Below are positions 11,104 to 19,590 of a stretch of DNA of 64,000 nucleotides, one piece after another (positions within the stretch are counted from its first letter, which is position 1; every line of letters begins with the position of its first letter). Location of the stretch: assembly GCA_030648205.1 (NCBI GenBank), contig JAUSIH010000046.1, positions 67,147 to 131,146 on the forward strand. Direction: 5' to 3'. The position numbers were made by a program, and so were the translations under genes. Source of the DNA: Dehalococcoidia bacterium. Its GTDB lineage: Bacteria > Chloroflexota > Dehalococcoidia > JAUSIH01. The notes under the pieces were generated by a model. The model worked only from the letters and a program-made list of their open reading frames with translations. It made no database searches and was not told where the DNA came from.

Positions 11104-12045
11104 ATGGTCAAGACGCTACGCGAGATGACGGAGCAGGCGGAGGGCCTCTCCTCCGGACACTCTTTGTGCGCTGGGTGCGCGGAGTCCATCATCGTCCGGC
11201 AGGTTCTGCACGCCGTCGGCCAGCCGGTGGTCGTCGCGTGCGCCACGGGCTGCCTGGAGATCGCCACGAGCCGCTTTCCCACCACCGCGTGGAATGTTCC
11301 CTGGATACACAGCGCCTTCGAGAACGCCGCGTCCACCATCAGCGGCGTCGAGGCGGCGTACCGCGCGCTGGTGCGCAAGGGGCGCATGCCTGAAAAGAAC
11401 ATCAAGTTCGTCGCCTTCGGAGGCGACGGCGCGACGTATGACATCGGCCTGCAGTGGCTGAGCGGAGCGCTGGAGCGGGGGCACCGCTTCATCTACATCT
11501 GCCTCAACAATGAAGGCTACATGAACACGGGCATTCAGCGGAGCGGCGCCACCATCCAGGGGACGTGGACGACGACCACGCCCGCGGGCAAGGTGGTGCC
11601 CGGCAAACCCGAATGGCGCAAGGACCTCACCGCCATCATCGCCGCGCACCACATCCCGTACGTGGCGCAGGCGGCCGCCCATGCGTGGAAGGACCTGGAG
11701 ACGAAGGTGGAGAAGGCGGCTGCGGTGGACGGCCCCGCGTTCATCAACGTTCTCTCACCGTGCACCCGCGGCTGGCGCTACGACCCCAGCAAGACGATGG
11801 AGATTTCCAAGCTGGCGGTCGAGACGCGCCTCTGGCCCCTTTTTGAGGTGGAGAACGGCGTCTGGCGGCTCACCTACAAGTCCACGGCCCCCAAGCCGGT
11901 CACCGACTGGCTCAAGTCGCAGGACCGGTTCGGCCACCTGCTGCGCCCGGAGAACGAGCACGTGGTGGAGTCCATTCAGCGCAACGTTGACAGGGAGTGG
12001 GCGTGGCTCCAGCGCCAGTGCAGCCTGGCCACCGTTACTGCTTAG
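11104..12045 (+). CDS. porB: 2-oxoacid:ferredoxin oxidoreductase beta subunit (TPP-binding)
   Basis: CAGCAESIIVRQ, GDGATYDIG TPP motif; 313 aa. Confidence 0.9.
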   Translation: MVKTLREMTEQAEGLSSGHSLCAGCAESIIVRQVLHAVGQPVVVACATGCLEIATSRFPTTAWNVPWIHSAFENAASTISGVEAAYRALVRKGRMPEKNIKFVAFGGDGATYDIGLQWLSGALERGHRFIYICLNNEGYMNTGIQRSGATIQGTWTTTTPAGKVVPGKPEWRKDLTAIIAAHHIPYVAQAAAHAWKDLETKVEKAAAVDGPAFINVLSPCTRGWRYDPSKTMEISKLAVETRLWPLFEVENGVWRLTYKSTAPKPVTDWLKSQDRFGHLLRPENEHVVESIQRNVDREWAWLQRQCSLATVTA

Positions 12046-12145
12046 GCGGTACGTTCTGTCTATAGTGGGGCCTCTCTTTCATCCCAACGGATGAAATAAC
12101 CGGACTCCAGAAAGCGCGGCTTTTGCCGTCTGGTTGATTGAAATG

Positions 12146-13198
12146 TTAGGTATTATCGGAGATTGGCGGTTTCTTTAAGCGCAGCCGTTCGAGATTCCAT
12201 TCTCTAGCAAAGAACCAGTTGTAGTGTTCAGTAATGCGCCGGTACACGCGAGTGATGGCCGCATCTAGGTCGCAGAAAAGACCGTCTATTCGCTCGTCTG
12301 TCATGGTCGGGTCAAGAGCCGCTCTGTGAATAAACTCGTGACGGCTGAGTACAAGAGACTCAAGCGACTCAAAAAGTGACCGAGATCGCCGATGATAAGG
12401 TTTTCGTAGCGCACCTGCGATATCGAGCTTCGTGTCGAGTGCCTCGAAGTGGCGGCAGACAGCCGATAATCTTTGAAATGACAAGGTCTCGGAGATTTGT
12501 TCTTCGACGGTGGATTGGCCATTTGATACAGCGAGCAGCTGTTCTCCTTGAAGGTGAATACTCTTTAGTACCGCGTCTTTTCGCGCCGAGTACCGCAGAA
12601 GAGCGATAAATGTAGATTTGAAGTAATCCTCTATGGCCGCGACAAGGAACAGCACAAGAGTATTATTGGCAAGTGTTCTCGGATCCATATTTGGGAGAAA
12701 CTCTATACCCTTCTTCCACCCGTCGGCGCTGCGGAGAGGATGGTTAGGAAAGTCGCGTGTTTCGTGATAGGTATGGGCCATAAAAAGATTGTGGCCGAAG
12801 CGATTGAATGCAAGGTAGCACCCCGACGCTGGAGCAGGAGGCGGTTCGCCTCTAGGCCTCAAATATCTCCCACGTCCTTCATCTGTTGCGAACTCGCCTC
12901 CAAACCGCTTTCGAATACCGGAAATGGTATTGTTCTGATGATTGAGGTCGAAATAGCTTCGGCGTATCGGCGTGTGAGTTTCAACTGCAAGCCTTTCTTC
13001 GTCAACACGGTAGATTGAAAGCCCGACCCCTGTCCATGATCGGTAGTCGGTGGCGTCAAACCACCGATACTCTTCGAATTGACCGTATTCCTCAGATTTC
13101 AGTGCACCGGACTTCGCATAGCCCAACAGCAGCACAAACTCACGAACGTCCTGAATACGCGTGCCTGGTGCGAGAATACTTTCGGATGAGTAGCTCAT
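12146..13198 (-). CDS. Hypothetical protein on a low-GC island; C-terminal helical region carries an HEPN-like Rx4H motif (possible Abi/defense protein)
   Basis: 350-aa ORF filling a roughly 1.2-kb stretch of markedly lower GC (about 48% vs about 67% in the flanks). C-terminal LVLSRHEFIHRAAL fits Rx4-6H. No detectable similarity to neighbouring genes. Confidence 0.6.
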   Translation of the reverse strand: MSYSSESILAPGTRIQDVREFVLLLGYAKSGALKSEEYGQFEEYRWFDATDYRSWTGVGLSIYRVDEERLAVETHTPIRRSYFDLNHQNNTISGIRKRFGGEFATDEGRGRYLRPRGEPPPAPASGCYLAFNRFGHNLFMAHTYHETRDFPNHPLRSADGWKKGIEFLPNMDPRTLANNTLVLFLVAAIEDYFKSTFIALLRYSARKDAVLKSIHLQGEQLLAVSNGQSTVEEQISETLSFQRLSAVCRHFEALDTKLDIAGALRKPYHRRSRSLFESLESLVLSRHEFIHRAALDPTMTDERIDGLFCDLDAAITRVYRRITEHYNWFFAREWNLERLRLKKPPISDNT

Positions 13199-13238
13199 GA
13201 ATTCGTTACTTATTGCGACCTACCGACTCGGATGATTT

Positions 13239-13260
13239 GGAAATCACACTGGTGATTTCC
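13239..13260. promoter_or_regulatory. Perfect 9-bp inverted repeat (GGAAATCAC-actg-GTGATTTCC) upstream of the island gene
   Basis: Palindrome in the 150-bp gap between the cofC stop and the start of the low-GC gene. Candidate operator or terminator hairpin. Confidence 0.25.
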
Positions 13261-13350
13261 TGCTGTGCCCCGAACGCCGCCATTCTAAGGCGTCCGTCAA
13301 CTCCGTGTCCACCGCCACGGTCGTGGAGCGCAGCGGGCGAACGAGAGCCG

Positions 13351-14055
13351 CTACTGCTTAGCGCGCAGGGAGAAGGGCAGCTCCGCCAGTCTCTTGGCCA
13401 GGCCAAGGCGCTCCAGCGCGGCGTAGGCCCGCGTTGTCCGCCTCGGTCGCAACGACGGGACGTTCTCATACGCCACGAACAGCCCCAGGTCGTCAGGCGT
13501 GTCCACGTCCAGCTCCAGCCGGAAATTGCGCACTGTCCTGACGGGTATGCCGCACGCGGCAGCCTCTTCCTGGTGCTCGCGGAAGCTGGTCGCGCCGAAG
13601 TGCGACCCGATGGCGTCCGGCGGGCGCCGGAGCACGGCGTTGGACCCCGTGCCGTCCCGCGAGGACACCAGCACCAGCCCCGGCTGGCCTGAGTCGGCGG
13701 CCAGCACTGACTGGACATCCTCGGGCCGGACAAGCGGCGCGTCGCCCGGGATCACCAGCATGGCCGGAATGCTCCGCTGAACGCACTGCCGCGCCGCGAA
13801 CTCCACCGCCGCGCTCTCGCCGCTGTTGCGCTCCTCCCGCCAGATCTGCGCCCCGACTGCCTGGGCCAGTGCCTCCGCCTCAGGGTCGCGGGTGATGACG
13901 GCGATGCCGTCGAGCGCCGGCGTGTTCGCCAGCGCGTCCAGCACGTCGTGCAGCATGGCGACGGCCAGTGCATGCCGCTCGTCGGGCGACAGCACGTCGG
14001 ACAGGCGGTTCTTTGCGCCCGCCAGGTCCTTGACCGGCACCACGGCCCAGATCAT
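13351..14055 (-). CDS. cofC: 2-phospho-L-lactate guanylyltransferase (F420 biosynthesis)
   Basis: MIWAVVPVKDLAGAKNRL N-terminus typical of CofC/FbiD; overlaps cofD by 4 nt. Confidence 0.85.
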   Translation of the reverse strand: MIWAVVPVKDLAGAKNRLSDVLSPDERHALAVAMLHDVLDALANTPALDGIAVITRDPEAEALAQAVGAQIWREERNSGESAAVEFAARQCVQRSIPAMLVIPGDAPLVRPEDVQSVLAADSGQPGLVLVSSRDGTGSNAVLRRPPDAIGSHFGATSFREHQEEAAACGIPVRTVRNFRLELDVDTPDDLGLFVAYENVPSLRPRRTTRAYAALERLGLAKRLAELPFSLRAKQ

Positions 14056-14990
14056 GTGTCTCGCGCCTGGGCCAGCAGGCCCAGCACCGCGTCCGCGACG
14101 CGCGCCGCGTCCTCCGGCGTGGGCATCATGGTGTCCGTGATGGCGGTGCGCACGCCCAACTCCGCGATGCGCTCTTCCAGGGCGGCGTCGCGCTGGTCAA
14201 TGACGAACCCGTCCAGGAAGTCGCTGTACAGGTGCGCGACCCCGTACGCCGACGGCTCGACGCCCTGCGCCGTCAGCATGGGCACCGAGGGGCCTTTCAC
14301 CGCCGCGCCCGCCACGATGGGGCTGACTCCCACCACCGGCGCGTCCGTCAGCCGCAGCGCTTCCCGGACGCCCGGCACGCTCAGGATGGGGCCGATGCTG
14401 ATGATCGGGTTGCTGGGGCAGACGACGATTCCCTGCGCGGCAAGGATGGCCTCGATGACGCTGGGGCCGGCGTGCGCGCCCTCGATGCCGTGCACATAGA
14501 CGCGCTGGATGGCGCCCTCGGCGTGGTCGCGGGCCAGGAACTCCTGGAGGTGCATGTCGCCGCGCTCCGTCACCACGCGCGTCTCGACCGGGCTGTCGGT
14601 CATGGGCAGGACGCGGACGGCGAGGCCCCACGCCTCGCACAGCGCGAAGGTGACCTCGGAGAGGGCATGGCCGCGGCCCAGCAGCATGGTCCTGTGGATG
14701 TGCGTGGCGAAGTCGCTGTCGCCGAGAGCGAACCACTTCTGGTGCCCCAGGCGGCCCAGGGCGCGCAGGACGTGAAAGGTGTCGCCCTTCAGTCCGTAGC
14801 CCTTCTCGTCGTCCACGGCGCCCGCCAGGGTGTAGATGATCGTGTCAATGTCGGGAGAGACGTGCAGGCCGTGGAAGACGGCGTCGTCGCCGGTGTTGAC
14901 GATGACCACCAGGTCTTCCGCCTTGACGCGGCGGAGCAGGCCCCGCAGGAACCGGGCGGCGCCCACGCCGCCCGCAAGTGCAACGAGCAT
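14052..14990 (-). CDS. cofD: LPPG:FO 2-phospho-L-lactate transferase
   Basis: CofD/UPF0052 signature (ALAGGVGAARFLRGL...VVIVNTGDDAVFHGLHVSPDIDTIIYTLAG); 312 aa. Confidence 0.9.
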   Translation of the reverse strand: MLVALAGGVGAARFLRGLLRRVKAEDLVVIVNTGDDAVFHGLHVSPDIDTIIYTLAGAVDDEKGYGLKGDTFHVLRALGRLGHQKWFALGDSDFATHIHRTMLLGRGHALSEVTFALCEAWGLAVRVLPMTDSPVETRVVTERGDMHLQEFLARDHAEGAIQRVYVHGIEGAHAGPSVIEAILAAQGIVVCPSNPIISIGPILSVPGVREALRLTDAPVVGVSPIVAGAAVKGPSVPMLTAQGVEPSAYGVAHLYSDFLDGFVIDQRDAALEERIAELGVRTAITDTMMPTPEDAARVADAVLGLLAQARDT

Positions 14991-15005
14991 GGCTTGAGAG
15001 ACTTT

Positions 15006-15476
15006 CTAGCGCCCCGATCCATCGGGGGCCAGGCGGATTTTGCTGTTGTCCCAGGTGCGCACCTTGTCCGGCGTCACCTTCAAGATGACCCAGGGGCCCG
15101 CGTAGTGGTTTCTGATTCGCTCAGGGAGGAGATGTTCGGGGCGCTTCAGTCCGGCGTACTTGCGGTTGTAGGCGGCGTCAAAGCATGCTATCTGCTCAGG
15201 GTCTTCAATGACGCTGCACCGTCCCTGGATGGCCACCCCCTTCAGTTCCTTCCACGCGTCTCCGGCTTCTACGACAACGCAGACGCGCGGTTCCCTCAGG
15301 GCGTTGCGCACTTTGGCGCCGGACTTCAGCGAGTGCATGTGAATGCAGCCGTCCTGGTAGATAAACCACATGGGGACGGAGACGGGGGAGCCGTCCTTAC
15401 GCAGGGTGGTCAGCACAAGGGTCTTCTTCTGCTGAAAGAATGCCTCTATCTCCTGGGAGTCCAGTGTAATCGCCAT
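15006..15476 (-). CDS. PPOX-class (pyridoxamine 5'-phosphate oxidase-like) probable F420-dependent oxidoreductase
   Basis: 156 aa split-barrel FMN/F420-binding family protein adjacent to cofCD. Confidence 0.7.
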   Translation of the reverse strand: MAITLDSQEIEAFFQQKKTLVLTTLRKDGSPVSVPMWFIYQDGCIHMHSLKSGAKVRNALREPRVCVVVEAGDAWKELKGVAIQGRCSVIEDPEQIACFDAAYNRKYAGLKRPEHLLPERIRNHYAGPWVILKVTPDKVRTWDNSKIRLAPDGSGR

Positions 15477-15583
15477 GCGCGCCTCCGAATGGTTTTATAC
15501 GAGAGGGAGTGACGCACGGTTGCCCGTGGTGTCCCGTCTGTTATTATAGATGGGCAGTCCGCCAGCTACAAGGAGGCGTATTC

Positions 15584-16231
15584 ATGCTTGCCTTTCTCGG
15601 AGGGACCGGCCCGGAGGGTCTGGGACTGGCCGCCCGCTTTGCGCTCGCCGGCTACGAGGTCGTTATCGGCTCGCGCTCGGAGGAGCGCGCGCGGGAGGCG
15701 GCAGAGAAGGTGCGGAAGCTCGTCCCGAAAGCCAAGGTGCGCGGCGACGGCAACGAGGGGGCGGCCCGCAAGGGCGACATCGTGTTCATCTGTGTCCCCT
15801 TTGAGGGGCATAAGGCCTTGCTGGAGTCCCTGCGCGGTGAGTTGAAGTACAAGCTGGTCATTGACGTGGCTGTGCCGCTCGCTTTCGAGAAGGGCAAGGG
15901 CGCCTGCGCCGTCCCCGTCCCGGAAGGTTCCGCCGCCGAGCAGGCCCAGGCGCTGCTGCCGCGCGCCCGAGTCATAGGCGCGTTCCACAACCTTTCGGCC
16001 AAAGAGCTGCAAGACGTGGGGCATCCCATCCCGTGCGACGTGCTGGTGTGCGGCGACGACGAGGAGTCAAAGAAACAGGTGATGGCGATGGCGCAGCAGA
16101 TGACGGGCATCCGCGCGGTGGACGCCGGACGTCTGTCTAGCGCGCGGTACGTCGAGAACTTGACCGTCATGCTCCTCTCCATCAACCGGATATACAAGGC
16201 CCAGGCGGGCATCAAGATTGTAGGTATCTAA
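15584..16231 (+). CDS. fno: NADPH-dependent F420 reductase (F420H2:NADP+ oxidoreductase)
   Basis: MLAFLGGTGPEGLGLAARFALAGYEVVIGSRS Rossmann motif typical of Fno/NpdG. Start set at ATG 15584 after an AGGAGG RBS. Confidence 0.85.
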   Translation: MLAFLGGTGPEGLGLAARFALAGYEVVIGSRSEERAREAAEKVRKLVPKAKVRGDGNEGAARKGDIVFICVPFEGHKALLESLRGELKYKLVIDVAVPLAFEKGKGACAVPVPEGSAAEQAQALLPRARVIGAFHNLSAKELQDVGHPIPCDVLVCGDDEESKKQVMAMAQQMTGIRAVDAGRLSSARYVENLTVMLLSINRIYKAQAGIKIVGI

Positions 16232-16232
16232 C

Positions 16233-16390
16233 GTCCTGTCCCTGAAGTACGCGTACTGATTCATGCATGAGAAGCTGTTCGAGGAAACGCCCCTGGACAC
16301 TTACCGTCTTTCCGGCGAAAGCCGGAATCCAGCGTTCCCTGGTGCTTCTCTGGATACCGGCGGAAGCCGGTATGACATGGAATAAGGAAC
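16233..16390. repeat. Copy 1 of a roughly 155-bp intergenic structured repeat (two GNRA-capped hairpins); inverted partner at 34121-34280
   Basis: About 90% identical to the reverse complement of 34121-34280. Contains hairpins ttccggc-GAAA-gccggaa and ataccggc-GGAA-gccggtat plus the palindrome tgcatgca. Starts 2 nt after the fno stop. Confidence 0.8.
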
Positions 16391-16432
16391 AGATTGTCGA
16401 AACGGAACGCTAACGCGAAAGGGGACCGCTCT

Positions 16433-17644
16433 ATGACTTTGCCTTTGGACGGCGTTCGCCTCATTGACATGACCAAGAACGGGCCCGGTCTGTACGCCGC
16501 CATGCTCCTCGCGGACATGGGCGCCGACGTCATCAAGGTGGAGGAGGTGGGCGAACCCACGGGGCGCCGCGCCGAGCAGGCCAAGGGCGCCGCCTCTCTG
16601 CAGACCACGATGGGCCGCTGTCCCCGGGACTCGGAGTTCTACGCGCCCAACCGGAACAAGCGCAGCATTTGCCTGAACCTCAAGGACCCGGCGGCGCGGG
16701 ACGTCTTCCTTCGTCTGGCGAAGACCAGCGACGTGGTGCTGGAGGGCTTTCGCCCCGGCGTCACCAAGCGGCTGGGCATCGGCTATGAGGCGCTGAGCCA
16801 GCTCAATCCGCGCATCATCTACTGCGCTCTCACGGGCTATGGCCAGGACGGCCCCTACCGTGACCTGGTGGGCCATGACCTGAACTATATCTCCTTCGGG
16901 GGCGCGCTTGCCATTACGGGCAAGCCGGACGAGGCGCCCACGATGCCGGGCTTTCAGTTGGGCGATTTCGGCGGGGGTGGCCTGCACGCCGTCATTGGCA
17001 TTCTGCTGGCCCTCATGGCGCGGGAGCGCACCGGACGGGGCCAGGTGGTGGACATCGCCATGACGGACGGGGTCATCTCGTTCCTGAGCACGATTGTCTC
17101 CGACTACCTGTGGGGCAAGCGTGTCATGGTGCGTGGTGGAGAGAACCTGAACGGCGGCGCGCCCTTCTACAACGTGTACGAGTGCAAGGACGGCAAGTAC
17201 CTGTCTCTGGGCATCGCCGAGCCGTGGTTCTTCGCCAACCTCTGCCGCGAACTGGGCCACGAGGAGTTTATCCCGCTTCAGCATACAACCGGCGAGCCGC
17301 GGGAGAAGATATTCCAGACCTTCCGCCAGATATTCAAGACAAAGACGCGGGACGAATGGTTCAACCAGCTATCGAAGATTGACACATGCGTGGGCAAGGT
17401 CTACACCATGGACGAGCTTGCGTCCGACCCGCACATACGGCATCGAAAGATGCTAACCGAGTTCCATGACCCCAAGCTGGGCGCTGTCCCACAGGTGGGC
17501 GTCGGCATCAAGCTGTCGGACACGCCGGGCAGCATCCGCAGCATCGCACCCAAGCAGGGCCAGCACACCGAGGAGGTCCTGCGCAGCCTGAAGTACACGC
17601 CCGAGCAAATAGCGGCAATGCGCCAGGGGGGCGCCGTCAAGTAA
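16433..17644 (+). CDS. CoA-transferase family III protein (CaiB/BaiF-like; formyl-CoA transferase / acyl-CoA racemase type)
   Basis: LDGVRLIDMT...GPDVIKVE N-terminal signature; 403 aa from ATG 16433. Confidence 0.85.
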   Translation: MTLPLDGVRLIDMTKNGPGLYAAMLLADMGADVIKVEEVGEPTGRRAEQAKGAASLQTTMGRCPRDSEFYAPNRNKRSICLNLKDPAARDVFLRLAKTSDVVLEGFRPGVTKRLGIGYEALSQLNPRIIYCALTGYGQDGPYRDLVGHDLNYISFGGALAITGKPDEAPTMPGFQLGDFGGGGLHAVIGILLALMARERTGRGQVVDIAMTDGVISFLSTIVSDYLWGKRVMVRGGENLNGGAPFYNVYECKDGKYLSLGIAEPWFFANLCRELGHEEFIPLQHTTGEPREKIFQTFRQIFKTKTRDEWFNQLSKIDTCVGKVYTMDELASDPHIRHRKMLTEFHDPKLGAVPQVGVGIKLSDTPGSIRSIAPKQGQHTEEVLRSLKYTPEQIAAMRQGGAVK

Positions 17645-17672
17645 TAGCCGCATGGCTGACTTGGCGATGCCC

Positions 17673-17701
17673 TTGACACTGGAAAGGGGGCTGAGTAGAA
17701 T
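17673..17701 (+). promoter_or_regulatory. Near-consensus sigma70-type promoter (TTGACA-17-TAGAAT) driving the first selenoprotein cassette
   Basis: TTGACA at 17673-17678, exact 17-nt spacer, TAGAAT at 17696-17701; 60 nt upstream of ATG 17761 with an AGGAAGGA RBS. Confidence 0.4.
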
Positions 17702-17760
17702 CGCCAGAGTCCCGTTAGTATTCCGCCTATCTATGCATCTTGTCGCAGGAAGGACGTCTC

Positions 17761-18849
17761 ATGAAGCAAGTCGCTGACCGGATCAATGTGACCGACCTGG
17801 ACGCAGCCGTTGAGCTGATGTTTGAGAAGCGCTGGACCGACGGCCTGCCAGCCATTCCGCCGACAGAGGCCGCGGTCGGCAGAATGCTGTCCTACATTAA
17901 GCGCTCGCCAGACGAGGTCATCGGCCCCGTGCCGCCGCGGGACGCCCCCGCGACCATCGAGAAGATTGCCATCAACTGCGTCATGGCGGGCTGCAAGCCG
18001 GAGTACATGCCCATCGTTATCGCGGGGCTGGAGGCGATGCTCGCCCCGGAGTTCAATCTGAAAGGCATACAGACGACCACGCATTGCGTGGCGCCCATGA
18101 CCATCGTCAACGGGCCGCAGATCAAGGATCTGGGGTTCCACTACGGGGACGCCGTCTTTGTGGCGGGCGCCCGTCCCAACGGGACAATCGGGCGCGCGCT
18201 GCGGCTCATCCGGTGGAACGTCGGCGGAGCGTACCCCGGCGAGACGGACCGCTCCACGATGGGACACCCGGGCGAGATATGCTTCTGCATCCCGGAGAAC
18301 GAGGATGAAAACCCCTGGGAGCCGCTCCACGTGGAGCAGGGCTTCAAGAAGGAGCAGAACGCCGTCAGCGCGTTCGGGTGCGAGTCGCCGCACCACATCA
18401 TGACCGGCCCCGGCGACGCCCACTGTATCTTGAACAGCCTGTCGGACTCCATGGCCGTGCTGGGCAACAACAACACGCACATAGGCGGGTGGATGCTCGT
18501 CGTCATCGGTCCCCGCGCGGCGGCCCACCTGGTCAAGGGAGGGTTTACATCCAAGAAGCAGGTCAAGGAGTACCTGTTTGAGAAGGCCCGTATCCCGGTA
18601 GCGAAGCTGCGTCGCGGCCCGGGCGTCGGGCGCGACCAGGCCACGGACGCTCCCACCTGGCTGCGCTGGCCCATTGACCCCGAGGACGACGACGCGCGCG
18701 TGCCGGTGGTGCGCCGACCAGAGGATTTCGTTATCATGGTTGCCGGCGGATGGGGCGCCGCCGCCGCCTTCTGCGCCATCTGCCCCGGCTGGGGCTACAT
18801 GGGAGGGCAGCTGGTGACCCGCCTTGTGACGCCGCCGGGCGGCAAATAG
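17761..18849 (+). CDS. Conserved hypothetical protein, cassette 1 large subunit; Cys motifs GCKPEY / FGCE / CPGWG
   Basis: 362 aa; about 45% identical over its length to the 19591-20658 product (shared EKRWTDGLP, N.VM.GC[KR]PEY, FGCE[SA]PH, [IV]CPGWG). No family assigned. Confidence 0.6.
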   Translation: MKQVADRINVTDLDAAVELMFEKRWTDGLPAIPPTEAAVGRMLSYIKRSPDEVIGPVPPRDAPATIEKIAINCVMAGCKPEYMPIVIAGLEAMLAPEFNLKGIQTTTHCVAPMTIVNGPQIKDLGFHYGDAVFVAGARPNGTIGRALRLIRWNVGGAYPGETDRSTMGHPGEICFCIPENEDENPWEPLHVEQGFKKEQNAVSAFGCESPHHIMTGPGDAHCILNSLSDSMAVLGNNNTHIGGWMLVVIGPRAAAHLVKGGFTSKKQVKEYLFEKARIPVAKLRRGPGVGRDQATDAPTWLRWPIDPEDDDARVPVVRRPEDFVIMVAGGWGAAAAFCAICPGWGYMGGQLVTRLVTPPGGK

Positions 18850-18903
18850 CGCGACCCGCGAACATACCAAGCGATTTACCGTCACACCTGTAAGGAGGGC
18901 ACT

Positions 18904-19476
18904 ATGAGCACTGGGGCAACGTCCAAGGGGATGGTCCTGCTGGACCCGGTAGGCTATGTCCCGGAGGAGGCGGCCAAGAAGCTGACCACCCGCCTGTCGG
19001 ACCTCACCAACAAGAAAGTGGGGTTTGTCTTTGACGGTCATTACATGGCCGAGCACTTCTGGCCGGCCATGGAAGAGGACCTGGTGAAACGGCTTCACCT
19101 GGCGGGCAAGGTCTCTCGCATCAAGCCCAACGTGGGCGCGCCCGCGCCGCAGGCGATGGTGGACGAGGTGGCCTCGCAGGTGGACATCGCCGTCACCGGG
19201 ATGGCGGCCTGAGGGAGCTGCACCAGTGGCGCCGTGCGCGACGCTGTAGCCATGGAGAGGAAGGGCATTCCCGCCGTCGTGATTGCTCACGACAGGTTCG
19301 AGAAGGCGGCCAGGGCCCAGGCGCGAATGCTGGGCATGCCCGACCTGCCCGTGATCGTCGTTCCGCAGCCCCAGTCCTGGACGACGAAGGAAGAAGAGGT
19401 CAAGAACGCCGCCGACGCCGTGGTGAAGATCCAGGCCGCGCTGCAGGCGCGGCCATCAGCTCAGCCGGCCCGTTAG
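18904..19476 (+). CDS. Putative UGSC-motif selenoprotein (in-frame TGA at 19210-19212 read as Sec); 190 aa
   Basis: The 102-codon ORF ending in TGA continues in the same frame for 87 more codons. Local context ...DIAVTGMAA-U-GSCTSGAVRDAVAMERKGIPAV.. is conserved in the paralog at 20714-21286. Small hairpin 8 nt downstream of the TGA. selB present at 32235. Strong RBS AAGGAGGG. Confidence 0.7.
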
Positions 19477-19590
19477 ACGTTGCCCGGCGGCGCGTCCCGC
19501 AAGCCCGTCGTGGTCTGACAGGTGGGCGGTAGCGCGTCTCAGTTCCGTGTCCCCGGGCGTCTGGCCCAGGGGGAGAAAAGAGGACAGGTT

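Noticed and set aside
8806-13350. tRNA-Arg as an integration site for a genomic island including the low-GC gene
   Set aside because: No integrase, no direct repeat of the tRNA 3' end, and the intervening por operon has native GC and is a core metabolic unit. The low-GC gene is 3.3 kb away and appears to be an independent insertion.
16067-16300. Short ORFs at both repeat copies beginning with the same peptide (MSRGVSSNSFSCMNQYAYF.. / MTRGVSLNNFSCMKQYAYF..)
   Set aside because: The shared peptide is simply encoded by the repeated DNA element. One ORF is antisense to fno and the other fuses to antisense pyrE. There are no RBS or coding features.
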